Below are positions 63,591-64,000 of a DNA stretch of 64,000 nucleotides, one piece after another. The stretch lies in the IMG/VR virus record IMGVR_UViG_3300028833_000146, positions 9,322 through 73,321 of that record; one strand, 5' to 3'. The DNA is from a virus. Position numbers and translations under genes: made by a program. Within the stretch, counting starts at the first letter, position 1. Each line of letters starts with the position of its first letter. Under the pieces are notes generated by a model, which made no database searches, had not been told where the DNA came from, and saw nothing but the letters and a program-made list of their open reading frames with translations.

Positions 63591-63962
63591 TTATTTCAAC
63601 AACTTCATACTTGCCAGGATCTGAGCCATTGATTCGCCATTCGAGCGTCTCTGGTCAATTTCCAGCGCTTCACTAGGTTTAAGCTTTCTATTAAGCTCGT
63701 GATAATAACCGAGCGAACGATCGTAAATATAAAGATCTTTCAGGTCCTGTTCCTTCTTCAGGTCGATCTTCCGGTCAACAGACTTAGCAATTCCGCTAAC
63801 TGTCTTAATAACCGTAATCCCTACCGGAATTAGAATTCCTGCTGTAATCTCTTTGTTTTCCTTCATCCACTCAATTGCCTGACGAGTCTTGTACTTCGCT
63901 TTAAATGTAAAGCCTGTCCATCTCGCATTCATTTCGCTCTTGATGTCTTCAAATGATTTCAT
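63591..63962 (-). CDS. Hypothetical protein with central TM helix
   Basis: ATG 63962 seven nt after GGAGG; TATAAT -10 at 63992-63997 on the minus strand. Confidence 0.45.
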   Translation of the reverse strand: MKSFEDIKSEMNARWTGFTFKAKYKTRQAIEWMKENKEITAGILIPVGITVIKTVSGIAKSVDRKIDLKKEQDLKDLYIYDRSLGYYHELNRKLKPSEALEIDQRRSNGESMAQILASMKLLK

Positions 63963-63983
63963 AATTTTTCCTCCAAATATAAA

Positions 63984-64000
63984 TTTTGTCATTATAGCAA
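63984..64000 (-). promoter_or_regulatory. Promoter motif, truncated by window end
   Basis: plus strand TTTTGTCATTATAGCAA (TATAATGACAAAA on the minus strand). Confidence 0.35.

Noticed and set aside
1-64000. Integrase, excisionase, lysis cassette, CRISPR or Cas genes
   Set aside because: None recognised in this window. Lifestyle (temperate versus virulent) cannot be decided from this fragment; lysis and tail genes are probably beyond the window start.

Overview
AT-rich 64-kb segment of a tailed dsDNA phage or prophage. Strong AGGAGG ribosome-binding sites and TTGACA/TATAAT promoters suggest a Firmicutes-type host. Almost all genes are on the minus strand, transcribed from high to low coordinates. 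Read in the direction of transcription: (i) 64-59.9 kb is a string of tiny genes, each with its own copy of a conserved ~30-bp promoter-like motif (17 copies in the window, mostly here) and most followed by a hairpin terminator, plus two candidate structured ncRNAs and a divergent operator/switch-like region with one plus-strand gene; (ii) 59-16 kb holds about 90 mostly small genes, many Cys-rich zinc-ribbon proteins, with a replication/nucleotide set: dUTPase, a 1319-aa SF3 helicase-AEP primase-family B DNA polymerase fusion, an SSB-like protein, an SF2 helicase, an SPFH protein and an XRE repressor; (iii) 16-10 kb contains a palindrome/iteron-rich non-coding region with a T10/A23 tract, an RHH protein, VRR-NUC and PD-(D/E)xK nucleases, and a 1017-aa protein carrying the beta-prime-type RNAP motif ADFDGD flanked by HTH domains, which I read as a YonO-like single-subunit RNAP; (iv) 10-0 kb carries a tRNA(UAU), an HNH endonuclease, the large terminase, the portal and an HK97-type prohead protease that runs off the window start. 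Capsid and tail genes must lie beyond position 1. Interleaved with the terminase and portal genes is an unusual family of six paralogues sharing a near-identical 30-aa motif HHGILGQKWGVRRYQNEDGTLTEAGRKRY, N-terminal in five and internal in the sixth, followed by divergent basic or Gly-rich C-termini. There is also a second family of four membrane proteins with two N-terminal TM helices. No integrase, CRISPR array or lysis cassette was recognised. All calls come from reading the sequence and motifs by eye; no database search was possible.
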